A stretch of DNA of 64,000 bases, from contig JAPDLT010000001.1 of the NCBI GenBank assembly GCA_025920435.1, positions 1,539 through 65,538 of the forward strand, written 5' to 3'. The notes beneath the pieces are model-generated. The model was not told where the DNA came from. It ran no database searches and saw nothing but the letters and a program-made list of their open reading frames with translations. Shown here piece after piece: positions 38,171-47,538 of the stretch (positions within the stretch are counted from its first letter, which is position 1; each line of letters opens with the position of its first letter). This DNA comes from Candidatus Rehaiarchaeum fermentans. Lineage in GTDB: Archaea > Nanobdellota > Nanobdellia > Parvarchaeales > Parvarchaeaceae. The translations under genes and the position numbers were made by a program.

Positions 38171-38512
38171 ATGGAAGCCGATGAAGCATTAGAAAAACAA
38201 GTTTACTCCTTTTTAGAGCGAGTAGTAAGCAAAGGCGGTAAACTTAAGCGTGGCATAAATGAAGTTACGAAGATTGTAGAGAAAGGGCAAGCTCAGTTAG
38301 TTATATTCGCTGGTGATGTAAACCCACCCGAAATAGTCAGTCATTTACCTATGCTGTGTAGAGATAAAAAGGTACCTTTGCTTAAGGTCAGTAGCAAATT
38401 ACAATTAGGAAAATCTGCAGGATTAAGTGTAGCTGCTTCTGCAGTAGCAGTTATAGATGCAAAGGACGAAGATCATACATTAAAAGAAATTATAGCCAAA
38501 ATAAAGGATTAA
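38171..38512 (+). CDS. rpl7ae: ribosomal protein L7Ae (K-turn binding, sRNP component)
   Basis: [38 protein letters not shown] matches the L7Ae/L30e core. The operon context is with S28e-L24e. Confidence 0.8.
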   Translation: MEADEALEKQVYSFLERVVSKGGKLKRGINEVTKIVEKGQAQLVIFAGDVNPPEIVSHLPMLCRDKKVPLLKVSSKLQLGKSAGLSVAASAVAVIDAKDEDHTLKEIIAKIKD

Positions 38513-38513
38513 G

Positions 38514-38705
38514 ATGGAAGGCTATTTAGCAGAAGTTGTTGATTTAGTTAGGAGGTTAGGTGATTCAGGAGAAATAACTCAGGTTAGATGTAAAGTATTA
38601 GAAGGCCCCGATAAAGACAGAATTATTACACGTAATGTGCTCGGGCCGGTAAGGATTGGAGATTTATTATTACTTACAGATACTGAACTAGAGGCTAAAA
38701 TATGA
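38514..38705 (+). CDS. rps28e: ribosomal protein S28e
   Basis: The 63-aa protein has [45 protein letters not shown], which is highly S28e-like. Confidence 0.85.
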   Translation: MEGYLAEVVDLVRRLGDSGEITQVRCKVLEGPDKDRIITRNVLGPVRIGDLLLLTDTELEAKI

Positions 38706-38830
38706 AATGCGATAATTGTGGCAAAGAAATAAAGGTAGGTAGAGGAATTATGTATGTTAGAAATGATGGTACTTATTTCTCTGTATGTTCTAAGAAATGT
38801 CTGATTAAAAAATTGCGTGCTAAGAGTTGA
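38702..38830 (+). CDS. rpl24e: ribosomal protein L24e (short form, 42 aa; below ORF-track cutoff)
   Basis: Hand translation gives [42 protein letters not shown], with C-x2-C...C-x3-C and the MYV..DG...F.C.SKC pattern of L24e. ATGA overlap with rps28e. Confidence 0.6.
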   Translation: MKCDNCGKEIKVGRGIMYVRNDGTYFSVCSKKCLIKKLRAKS

Positions 38831-38875
38831 GATTTAATTTGTGTTCTTTTAAATTTTAAAAGCTTTAAATCTTTA

Positions 38876-39679
38876 ATGAGAGCAAGTGAGGAATATTTAT
38901 CCTGGATGATCGCACTTATTTTATTAGCGCCTGTAGCTATAATTATTTTTTTAATATACTTTTTTGGTATAGCTCCAATAACTAATTCTCTCTCTCAAGT
39001 TCAATCTTATGTTAACTTTTTAATGCTTTCTCAAAAGACTGGTGAAGTAATAATTTCTCCGGGGGTTTCTCCATCTTTACCTTATAACAAATTCATGATT
39101 CAAATATACGTTAATTCTAGTTGCTTAACTTATTTAGATTATTTATCGAGAGTGGGCATTATGAGTTATCCTTCTGATCCAAATTCTCTCTTAAATAATT
39201 TCGCAGTATGTATAGGGAGTCTTTCAAATAATATTTGGCCCTATTCTCCTAATAACTTATCTTTGATAACTAATTCTATACCAGTATGGATGGGATATCT
39301 AATTATAAATTCAAGTTCCGCTTATTTCCCAAATTATTCATTTAATTTGTCCGTTCATGCTATAAAAGGTTCGAAAGGAGCCTTGAGTTTTTTTAATTCA
39401 GAATCCTTATCTCAAGTAAATCAAACGTTAGCTTTCAATTGTCTATCCTTTTTAAGAAATAAAATATACATGAGTGATTCAAGCAATTATGCATTTCAAT
39501 ATATAACTTCTTTGCAGTGTGCTAGTTTATCTAAATCTTTTATATCTATAGAAAACAATTGTGTTAATTCGAGTTGTTATCAACCTTTTGCATTTATGCA
39601 TGGCTCTCCAGCAGAATTCCAGTACCAAGAGTGTCACTTTAATGCAGGGATTTATAATTGTTATACTTACTTAATATGA
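38876..39679 (+). CDS. hypothetical secreted/anchored protein, sequon- and Cys-rich
   Basis: It has an N-terminal TM/signal and many N-x-S/T sites (NSSC, NNLS, NSSS, NYSF, NLSV, NQTL, NSSC). Confidence 0.3.
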   Translation: MRASEEYLSWMIALILLAPVAIIIFLIYFFGIAPITNSLSQVQSYVNFLMLSQKTGEVIISPGVSPSLPYNKFMIQIYVNSSCLTYLDYLSRVGIMSYPSDPNSLLNNFAVCIGSLSNNIWPYSPNNLSLITNSIPVWMGYLIINSSSAYFPNYSFNLSVHAIKGSKGALSFFNSESLSQVNQTLAFNCLSFLRNKIYMSDSSNYAFQYITSLQCASLSKSFISIENNCVNSSCYQPFAFMHGSPAEFQYQECHFNAGIYNCYTYLI

Positions 39680-40311
39680 AATCTAATATTTTGCAAGAAG
39701 GTATAATAATTGCGATATTCACAGGAATACTCTTAGTTATAGTAGCAACCTTCTTAGCACTCATAATAAGACCTACTTCACAATATGCATATTTTTCTGA
39801 AATTGTTTCTGCGCTTCAAACTTCTTGTTCCTCTCCTCAGTATTTCACTTCGCTAAATTTTCAAAATTCCTCCTCAATAGTTTTTCAGACATACGATTTA
39901 GGGGAAAGCTGTTTGCTTAACTATTCATCTAAATATTTTGAGAAGTATTTGTTGTGTTACGGTTCTTTATCGCTTAAATTTGTGGTTGAGAATGGCGTTT
40001 ATTTTGAGAACTATACAAGCAAAGGTCCTTCTCTAAATTTAACTAATAGTTTAATTAATTTTTGTAATTATCTGAGTCCTTTCCTTAAATCACTTACATG
40101 TTTCCCAATAACTTGTAACGGATTAAATTCTTATGTATCTAATGGAGAAGGACAATTGTTCCTATATATCTACAATACTAAAATTCCTTTCATTGAGATA
40201 GCTTCAAATAATTCTTATAATTATTTATTTATAACACCCCCTCAGAGAAATCCTCCTACTTTCTCTAATAATTATCCTAATCTTACTATAATCCCTACTC
40301 CTCCTCCATAA
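39658..40311 (+). CDS. hypothetical secreted/anchored protein, sequon- and Cys-rich, Pro-rich C-terminus
   Basis: It has an N-terminal TM, sequons NSSS, NYSS, NYTS, NLTN, NNSY, NLTI, and ends ...IIPTPPP. It overlaps the previous ORF. Confidence 0.3.
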   Translation: MLYLLNMKSNILQEGIIIAIFTGILLVIVATFLALIIRPTSQYAYFSEIVSALQTSCSSPQYFTSLNFQNSSSIVFQTYDLGESCLLNYSSKYFEKYLLCYGSLSLKFVVENGVYFENYTSKGPSLNLTNSLINFCNYLSPFLKSLTCFPITCNGLNSYVSNGEGQLFLYIYNTKIPFIEIASNNSYNYLFITPPQRNPPTFSNNYPNLTIIPTPPP

Positions 40312-40341
40312 GAACCTAAGTATTAAATTCTTAGATCTAAC

Positions 40342-41499
40342 TTATCGTGCTAGTTTATCTATTTTTCCACTCAATAAACTTGTAGAAATGTTCGTTATTA
40401 TTATTGCTACAAAGGTTATAAAAATAAAGATAGAAGTTGAAAAGTATATTGATAATATTGCTGATAATATCGCTGGAACTAACCCCCTTGCGGAATAATA
40501 ACCTACATCTCTTCCTTTGTATAAATTTCCTACTATTAAACTCAATATTATTATTTCTATAGAAGCTATTAATGCAATTAAAAATTCTTCAATATTAAAA
40601 ATAAAGATTGAGCCCGCGTAAACAAAGAAAAACGATACCGCGAAAAAAGTTAATAGATCGTTTATTTCTTTATACATTTTTCCAAGTTCAGGATTTTGAC
40701 TTCTTAATCCTATTGCTTCATAAATTTCTTCTGCATTAGATTCTACTATTCCAAAGGAAAAAACTGCTATGGGTCCTGCTCCTCCTATATAATCTGTAAA
40801 TTCATATATGAGAAATACTACAGCTAAACTTAAGGCATAGGTAAATCTCAGACCTTTTTTTCGTAGTAAACTATTTAGTTTAATCCAAAGTATTCCTGCT
40901 ATTAAACTAATTAATATTGCTATTGAGAATGCAGAAATAGTTGTTTCAGTAGCTAAATATATGCTATTGAAATTTTGTACTTTAGCTTCTAGTATACCAA
41001 TTACCAATATTATTGAAATTGATTCAGCAATTATTTCTTTAGTCATAAGAGAGTTCTTTATTTTTGATTTGTTATTAATTAGTTCATTGTAAAGCAGTTC
41101 TGCTCCATTTATTCCTCCGCTAGAAAGTACTAGTGCTAAAGCTAATGAATTATAAATACCTAATCTTACTAAGTAGAATATTGAAAATAACAGGAATGAA
41201 GTTATTGCATATTCTAAAATTGAAATTAATATTGCTTTACCATCTTTAAAATCTTTTTTAATGTTAATTTTTAATCCAGCGTTATAAAATACTAATGTAG
41301 CAACTATTTCTGCTATGAATAAATTATAATTTTGATATTGAGATCTGGGCAATATATTTATTTCTCCTATTATTATTCCTAGGATAAGTAACCAAAGATA
41401 GTATGGAACTCTTATTTTTTTAGAAAGCGCTTCTCCTAAGAAACCGACTAAAAGTATACCTGTTATCAAAAATATGTAGTAGCTTATTTGTTCCATCAT
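40342..41499 (-). CDS. cation:proton antiporter (CPA/NhaP-like Na+/H+ exchanger)
   Basis: The 385-aa protein has ~11 TM helices. Its N-terminal helix-GxxGEALSKK pattern is common in CPA1/CPA2 exchangers. Confidence 0.55.
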   Translation of the reverse strand: MMEQISYYIFLITGILLVGFLGEALSKKIRVPYYLWLLILGIIIGEINILPRSQYQNYNLFIAEIVATLVFYNAGLKINIKKDFKDGKAILISILEYAITSFLLFSIFYLVRLGIYNSLALALVLSSGGINGAELLYNELINNKSKIKNSLMTKEIIAESISIILVIGILEAKVQNFNSIYLATETTISAFSIAILISLIAGILWIKLNSLLRKKGLRFTYALSLAVVFLIYEFTDYIGGAGPIAVFSFGIVESNAEEIYEAIGLRSQNPELGKMYKEINDLLTFFAVSFFFVYAGSIFIFNIEEFLIALIASIEIIILSLIVGNLYKGRDVGYYSARGLVPAILSAILSIYFSTSIFIFITFVAIIITNISTSLLSGKIDKLAR

Positions 41500-41528
41500 G
41501 TTTATAAATACAAATTAATCATTAAAAT

Positions 41529-41807
41529 ATGGCAAAGGTAACAGTTACTATATGTGATGTATGTAAGCAAAGAATAGCTACTCGTACATGTCCTATTTGC
41601 GGAAGGGACATGTGTGATGTAGATACAAGATCAGTTACTTTAGAAATAGGCCTTAAATTTGGACAAAGAATGAATATTTACGAGACTAGTATGTGCGAAG
41701 ATGATTATAAGAAATTACAGGACAGATTACCTGCAGTACTTTCTAAATTAATAGAAAAAGTTTCTTCTCAGACTATAGAAAGCGCTTTGAAGGAATCTTT
41801 AAGCTAA
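41529..41807 (+). CDS. hypothetical zinc-ribbon protein
   Basis: The 92-aa protein has a CDVC-x9-CPIC-x4-C cysteine cluster at the N-terminus. Confidence 0.3.
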   Translation: MAKVTVTICDVCKQRIATRTCPICGRDMCDVDTRSVTLEIGLKFGQRMNIYETSMCEDDYKKLQDRLPAVLSKLIEKVSSQTIESALKESLS

Positions 41808-41851
41808 AAAATTTTTAATTTTATTTATTATTTTATTTTAATTTATATTAT

Positions 41852-41966
41852 CCCCAGGTAACTCAACTGGTAGAGTGGCCGGCTGTAGATAGTGGAGGGC
41901 TGTTTAGTGCTATGATACGTTTCAGCCGATACCGGCAAGTTGCAGGTTCGAGTCCTGCCCTGGGGA
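41852..41966 (+). tRNA. tRNA-Tyr (anticodon GTA) with ~42-nt anticodon-loop intron and C1:G72
   Basis: Acceptor CCCCAGG/CCTGGGG (the C1-G72 archaeal Tyr identity pair), D-stem ACTC/GAGT, anticodon stem GCCGG/CCGGC enclosing CTGTAG + 42 nt + A, and T-arm GCAGG-TTCGAGT-CCTGC. Confidence 0.7.
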
Positions 41967-41970
41967 TATT

Positions 41971-43392
41971 TTATTCATTCTTGCTTCTTAGTTGAGGAAA
42001 CGCTATCACATCCCTAATGGACTTAGAATTTGTAAATAGCATAAATAATCTTTCCATCCCTATTCCTAAGCCACCTGTAGGAGGCATACCATAGCCTAAA
42101 GCCTCTATAAAGTCTTCATCATTTGGCATGCTTTCTAGTTCTCCTTTGTTTCTTTTCTTTTCTTCTTCTTTAAATCTTTCAATTTGTTCTAGAGGATCAT
42201 TAAGTTCTGTATATGCATTTGCAAATTCCATTCCAGCAATGTATAATTCAAATCTTTGTACAAATCTTTTATCATCAGGGTAAACTTTAGTTAAAGGAGA
42301 TATTTCTACAGGATATTTCGTAACAAAAGTAGGTTGTATAAGCGTTTTTTCTATTTTTTCTTCAAATATTGCATTTAAAGCCTCTCCGTAGCTTAACTTT
42401 TTATTAGTTATTTTTTCTCCCTCTTTTATTATTTCTTCTTCATTATCTTTTCCAGTGTATTTCTTTACTAAGTTTTCCATTGTTTCTTCTTTGAAATTAG
42501 ATAGGTCGATTTGTTGGTCAATATAGTTTATTTTGTACGAATTGTATAGCTTTTTAGAAACTGTTTGGAATATTTTTTTAGTTATTTCTTTCATATCTTC
42601 TAAATCTCCATATGCTTTGTAAAGTTCAAATCCTGTAAATTCTGGATTGTGCTTAGTATCTATTCCTTCATTTCTAAAGTTTTTTGCAAATTCGTAGATC
42701 TTTTCAAATCCTCCTACTAATAGTCTTTTAAGATATAGCTCTGGTGAAATTCTTAAAAAGTAGTCTTGATCTAATGCATTATAATGTGTTTTGAAAGGTA
42801 AAGCATTGGCTCCTCCATATACTTCTTGCAATATAGGAGTTACTACTTCTATATATCCTTCCTCATCTAATATTTCTCGTATTATTTTTACTATTTTTGA
42901 TGCAATCTTAATTTTTTCTTTTGCTTCATCATTGAATATGAAATCGAGATATCTTTTTCTATACCTCGTTTCAATATCCTGTATTCCAAACCAGGTAGAT
43001 GGAAAAGGCAGTAAACATTTGCTCAGTATTTCTATATGAGTAGGAGAAAGAGATTTAGTTCCTCTTTTAGTTAGCTCAACTTTTCCTATTGCTCCTATTA
43101 TGTCTCCCCTTTCTATTAAATTTAATAGCTTTAAGCTTATTTCATCCAACTTATTTTTATGAATGTAGAGTTGCAACGTTCCAGTATCATCCTTTATATC
43201 TATAAATATTATTTCTCCGTGATCTCTTATGCTCATTATTCTGCCTTTTGCTCTTATTTCTTTATCTTTTAACTCTTCAAAATGGTTTAAAATGTAGGAA
43301 TTGTCTAAGGCTTCAAATTTATGTCCAAATGGATCTAAGCCCAATTTTTTAATTTCTTCAAGCTTTTTAAGCCTATCTTCGTCAAATTTCAT
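41971..43392 (-). CDS. lysS: lysyl-tRNA synthetase, class II
   Basis: It has an N-terminal OB anticodon-binding domain and motif 2 FRNEGIDTKHNPEFTGFELY (versus E. coli LysS [20 protein letters not shown]). The C-terminal motif 3 is GGLGIGMERL. Confidence 0.8.
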   Translation of the reverse strand: MKFDEDRLKKLEEIKKLGLDPFGHKFEALDNSYILNHFEELKDKEIRAKGRIMSIRDHGEIIFIDIKDDTGTLQLYIHKNKLDEISLKLLNLIERGDIIGAIGKVELTKRGTKSLSPTHIEILSKCLLPFPSTWFGIQDIETRYRKRYLDFIFNDEAKEKIKIASKIVKIIREILDEEGYIEVVTPILQEVYGGANALPFKTHYNALDQDYFLRISPELYLKRLLVGGFEKIYEFAKNFRNEGIDTKHNPEFTGFELYKAYGDLEDMKEITKKIFQTVSKKLYNSYKINYIDQQIDLSNFKEETMENLVKKYTGKDNEEEIIKEGEKITNKKLSYGEALNAIFEEKIEKTLIQPTFVTKYPVEISPLTKVYPDDKRFVQRFELYIAGMEFANAYTELNDPLEQIERFKEEEKKRNKGELESMPNDEDFIEALGYGMPPTGGLGIGMERLFMLFTNSKSIRDVIAFPQLRSKNE

Positions 43393-43402
43393 AAATTAAA
43401 TT

Positions 43403-44524
43403 TTATTGAAGTAATTCATTATAAACTTCTATATATCTATCAGCTACGGCATCCCAAGAAAGAGTTGTTACTTTTCTATATAAAGCTTCTCCTAATTCTT
43501 CTTTTACATAGGGATAACACAGTAAGCCATGAATATAATCAGCTAAAGCATATTCATCCCAAAAATCTACCGTTATGGCAGAATCTAATACTTCTTTTAC
43601 TCCAGATTGTTTAGATATTATAGTAGGAGTCTTAGATGCAGCTGCTTCCAGTGCAGTTATTCCAAACGGTTCTGATACTGATGGCATTACAAATACACTT
43701 GCTTTTGCATAAAGATCTACAAGTTCTTCATCACTAACTCTTCCTAAAAAGATTACTTTATCTTGCAGATTTAATGAAATAGTTAAATTCAAAAGGTAAT
43801 CTCTATCAGGGCCGTCTCCTGCAATAATTAAATAAGTATCGTTAGTAAATTTTGTAGCTATCTTGAATGCTCTTATTAAATGATCAACTCCTTTTTGAGG
43901 AGTAAGTCTTCCTACATAAAGTACAAATTTTTTCTTTTTATCAGTTTTAAATTGGTTTACATTTATTCCGTTGTATATTACTCTTATTTTATTAGGATTT
44001 ATGTTATAAAACTTTACTATTTCTTCTTTAGTGCGTTCACTTACAGCCACTACTATGTCCGCCTTTTCCGTTACATATCTTTCTTTATCTTCAATATACT
44101 TCCAGGGATGACCTCCTGTTCTATCGTATTCGAGACTGTGCATTGCAACTAATAGTTTTTTATTTGTTAATTGCTTAAGATAAACACCTGCATCAGAAGT
44201 TAGCCAATCCAATGAGTGAATTAAGTCAAAATTATAATCTTTTACAATTTTCATTGCTTTCTTATAGTTTTCTACTTGTTCTATAATGTTATTAGAGTTA
44301 TTAGAAAAGTTTAATTTTGAACCATATTTTACACTTAATTTAGGCAATTCTATGTAATTTACTCCTTCAATAATTTCCTTTTCACCCTTAGGTAGTGCTA
44401 AATTGACCTTAATTCCTTTTTTAACTAAGCTTTTAACAAGATTGTAAGTGTGAGTTCCTAATCCACCAACATTATTAGGTGGAAACTCCCACCCAAGAAT
44501 AAGTAAAGAAATATCTTTTCTCAT
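43403..44524 (-). CDS. GT-B glycosyltransferase, family 4-like
   Basis: The C-terminal EPFGITALEAAASKTP (E-x7-E-like GT4 motif) is present. Length is 373 aa. Confidence 0.65.
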   Translation of the reverse strand: MRKDISLLILGWEFPPNNVGGLGTHTYNLVKSLVKKGIKVNLALPKGEKEIIEGVNYIELPKLSVKYGSKLNFSNNSNNIIEQVENYKKAMKIVKDYNFDLIHSLDWLTSDAGVYLKQLTNKKLLVAMHSLEYDRTGGHPWKYIEDKERYVTEKADIVVAVSERTKEEIVKFYNINPNKIRVIYNGINVNQFKTDKKKKFVLYVGRLTPQKGVDHLIRAFKIATKFTNDTYLIIAGDGPDRDYLLNLTISLNLQDKVIFLGRVSDEELVDLYAKASVFVMPSVSEPFGITALEAAASKTPTIISKQSGVKEVLDSAITVDFWDEYALADYIHGLLCYPYVKEELGEALYRKVTTLSWDAVADRYIEVYNELLQ

Positions 44525-44560
44525 AAAAAATTTAAACTTTTTTATATTAAAGATTAATAA

Positions 44561-46627
44561 ATGGAAGACATTTTGAAACTTTTAAATGTAAAGGAATTTA
44601 CTCCTATTCAAAAAATAGCAATTGATTTGGTTTTAAAAGATAAAAATGTATTAGCTGTTGCACCTACTGCTTCAGGAAAAACATTAATAGGGGAGCTGGC
44701 AATGTTGAAAGCGATAAGTAAAGGAAAAAGAGCTATATATGTATCTCCTCTAAGAGCACTTACTTCAGAAAAATACGAGGATTTTAAAAGATTTGGTATT
44801 AAAAATATAGGAATAAGCACAGGAGATTTAACTCAGGACGATGCTTACTTAAAATATAAAGAAGTAGTTTTTCTTTCTATCGAAAAATTAGATAGTTTAC
44901 TTAGGAAGAGTGTTGATATATTAGAAAATTTAGGTGCTATAGTATTTGATGAAGTTCATTTAATAAATGATGAAGAAAGAGGGCCCACTCTTGAGTTCCT
45001 TATTGCTTTAATTAATTATCTTTATCCTAAAGCTCAAAAAATCTATCTTAGTGCTACAATAGGTAATCCTGAAGACTTAAGTAATTGGTTAAAGGCAGAA
45101 CTGGCTTATAGCGATTTTAGACCTGTGAAATTAATTAAAAAAATTGCATTATACGATAGACTTATTTTTGAAGATACGGAAGAAGAGATTTTAGATATAG
45201 GAGATCAAATATTGAACGTTGTAAATTATTTAGTTTCAAATAGAAAACAATTTATTTTGTTTTCTCCAACGCGTAATTTAGCAGAATCCTACGCTGAAAA
45301 AATTAGCATTTTAGTGAATAGATGGGCGAAGGAGAATCAGAATGAGCTTATATCCTTATCAGAAAAATTATTTAGCGCATTAGATATTCCAACTAAGTCT
45401 TTTGAAAAATTAGCTAAAGTAGTAAGAAATGGAGTTGCTTTTCATCATGCTGGTTTACTTAATGAGCAAAGAAAATTAATAGAAGAAAAATTTAAAGAGG
45501 GGTTAATAAAAGCTATTGCAGCAACTCCTACGCTAGCGATGGGAGTTAATTTGCCTGCCAACACCGTTGTAATATCTTCTATTTATCGTAGAGGATATTT
45601 TTCTACTAGTCTTTTGCCTGTTTATGAAGTTGAGCAGATGGCAGGTAGAGCGGGTAGGCCTAAGTATGACAAAGAAGGAACAGTAATATTCATATCAAGA
45701 AATGAACGTGATACAGAAATAATAAAGAATACTTATTTAAATCCAGAGCTAGAACCAATAAAATCAAAATTTTCAAATGAAAAAAATATAAGAGTATATA
45801 CTCTGGCTCTTATTTCAATGAACTTAGCAAATAATCAAAAAGAAATTGAAGAGTTTTTTAGTAAATTATACTCTGAATTAAATAAATTCCAAATATCGCA
45901 AGCAATAGAATTTTTAAAAAGATATAGCTTTATAATTGGAGAAAATAAGCTTTCAGCTACTCCTTTCGGCAAATTAGTAAGTGAATTATATATAGATCCT
46001 ATAACTGCTATAAAATACAAATATTATCTTTCACAAATGTCCGAAGATGAATTTTCATATTTACATGCACTTATGTGTGCTTCTGAAGTTCCATTGCAAA
46101 TTACTCCTAAATGGATTGAAAAAATAGAAGAAGAAATCGAATATTTGCATTTAGATTTAAATCAGCAAATATTTGATTTTTACATAGATGATGAAAGCTA
46201 TTATAATGCGATATATTTAGCTCACGTTCTGTACGATTGGATAAACGAAAAAAGCGAGGCCGAAATAGAAGAGGTTTATGGTATCCAACCCGGAATTCTT
46301 TATCAAATAGTTAATGGATTTGCTAATTGGTTGTCTTATTCAATGTATAGATTAGCCTTGTCTATGAAAATAAAAAGTAAATTTTTACGCGAAATGCAGA
46401 TTAGAATACAAGAAGGAGTAAAAAGTGAATTACTTAACTTAGTATCTATTCCGCAGATAGGGCGCGTTAGAGCTAGAAAACTATTTAAAGCGGGAATTAA
46501 GACTAAATCAGACATTAAATCAGCAGGAATCGGAAGAATAAAAGAAATATTAGGTCCTGTGATAGGAGAAAATATTTATAATTATTGTGTTCAAAATATA
46601 AACGAGGAAAATAATAAACTATTATGA
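44561..46627 (+). CDS. hel308: Ski2-type DNA helicase Hel308/Hjm
   Basis: Walker A APTASGKTLIG, DEVH box, SAT motif, and a ~690-aa length with C-terminal helix-hairpin-helix-like domain (IPQIGRVRARKLFKAGI). Confidence 0.75.
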   Translation: MEDILKLLNVKEFTPIQKIAIDLVLKDKNVLAVAPTASGKTLIGELAMLKAISKGKRAIYVSPLRALTSEKYEDFKRFGIKNIGISTGDLTQDDAYLKYKEVVFLSIEKLDSLLRKSVDILENLGAIVFDEVHLINDEERGPTLEFLIALINYLYPKAQKIYLSATIGNPEDLSNWLKAELAYSDFRPVKLIKKIALYDRLIFEDTEEEILDIGDQILNVVNYLVSNRKQFILFSPTRNLAESYAEKISILVNRWAKENQNELISLSEKLFSALDIPTKSFEKLAKVVRNGVAFHHAGLLNEQRKLIEEKFKEGLIKAIAATPTLAMGVNLPANTVVISSIYRRGYFSTSLLPVYEVEQMAGRAGRPKYDKEGTVIFISRNERDTEIIKNTYLNPELEPIKSKFSNEKNIRVYTLALISMNLANNQKEIEEFFSKLYSELNKFQISQAIEFLKRYSFIIGENKLSATPFGKLVSELYIDPITAIKYKYYLSQMSEDEFSYLHALMCASEVPLQITPKWIEKIEEEIEYLHLDLNQQIFDFYIDDESYYNAIYLAHVLYDWINEKSEAEIEEVYGIQPGILYQIVNGFANWLSYSMYRLALSMKIKSKFLREMQIRIQEGVKSELLNLVSIPQIGRVRARKLFKAGIKTKSDIKSAGIGRIKEILGPVIGENIYNYCVQNINEENNKLL

Positions 46628-47229
46628 AGATTTTAGCAGCATCCGACTTACATGCAAATAAATCTCTTGTTAAAAAATTAGTTCAAAAAGCAAAGAATGA
46701 AAATGTAGATTTAGTTATTATAGCCGGAGATTTAACAATTTTTGGTGACGGATTAAGCAGATTGCTTTATCCATTCAAGGAAGCAGGTTTAAAGGTTGCA
46801 ATTATTCCAGGTAATCACGATACATTTGAAATGATCGATTTTGTTTGTTCTAAATATAATTTCTATAATTTACACAAATATCCTTTAATAATTGGGGATG
46901 TAGGAATAGTGGGAGTAGGATTTTCGAACATTGGTCCTAATTATTTATCGGAAGAAGAAATATACGCTCAATTAGAAAAACAGATATATATTGCTAAAAA
47001 GCATGGTTCACGAAGACTTATTTTGGTGTCTCATACTCCTCCTTATAATACTAAGTTAGATGATATAGGTTTTCATGTAGGAAGTACTTCGGTTAGGGCT
47101 TCCATTAAAAAGCATAAACCTGAAATCTGTATTTGCGGTCATATTCATGAGACATTTGGTTTAGAAGATGTTCTTTATAATTCTCGTATAATCAATGTAG
47201 GCCAAGAAGGTAAAATAATTAACATTTAA
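46624..47229 (+). CDS. calcineurin-like metallophosphoesterase (YfcE/Mre11-fold small PDE)
   Basis: SDLHAN, IAGDLT, PGNHD and CGHIHE motifs. ATGA overlap with hel308. Confidence 0.7.
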   Translation: MKILAASDLHANKSLVKKLVQKAKNENVDLVIIAGDLTIFGDGLSRLLYPFKEAGLKVAIIPGNHDTFEMIDFVCSKYNFYNLHKYPLIIGDVGIVGVGFSNIGPNYLSEEEIYAQLEKQIYIAKKHGSRRLILVSHTPPYNTKLDDIGFHVGSTSVRASIKKHKPEICICGHIHETFGLEDVLYNSRIINVGQEGKIINI

Positions 47230-47248
47230 ATATAAGTTAATATTTCAT

Positions 47249-47351
47249 GGGCCCGTCGTCTAGCGGATAGGATAAGCGGCTTCGAATGCCGGTAGAAACC
47301 GCTTGACCTGGGTTCTTTTTTAAGACAGGAATTCAAATCCCGGCGGGCCCA
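47249..47351 (+). tRNA. tRNA-like gene (103 nt) with perfect 7-bp acceptor and canonical T-loop; fits a cloverleaf only if two insertions are removed (tentatively Arg-TCG; Ser-CGA not excluded)
   Basis: Acceptor GGGCCCG...CGGGCCC + A. D-stem GTCT/GGAT. Helix AGCGG/CCGCT encloses a 19-nt loop CTTCGAATGCCGGTAGAAA (7-nt loop + ~12-nt intron). T-stem CTGGG/CCCGG is interrupted by ~19 nt (TTCTTTTTTAAGACAGGAA) before TTCAAAT. Confidence 0.45.
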
Positions 47352-47450
47352 AATTTAATCTTATTTAACTTCAATGAAGAAAATGAATTTAGAATTAGAT
47401 TTTGTTCTTAGTTTTTAACTATATCAAATTCAATTTCAAATTTAATAAGA

Positions 47451-47523
47451 TAGCCCTGCCCGGATTTGAACCGGGGTTTTCGGGTCCAGAGCCCGACGTG
47501 CTTGACCGCTACACCACAGGGCT
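47451..47523 (-). tRNA. tRNA-Gln (anticodon CTG)
   Basis: Minus-strand cloverleaf with acceptor AGCCCTG/CAGGGCT, D-stem GTGT/GCAC, anticodon stem-loop TCGGG-CTCTGGA-CCCGA, and T-arm CCCGG-TTCAAAT-CCGGG. Confidence 0.8.
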
Positions 47524-47538
47524 TTAAGATATTTAATT

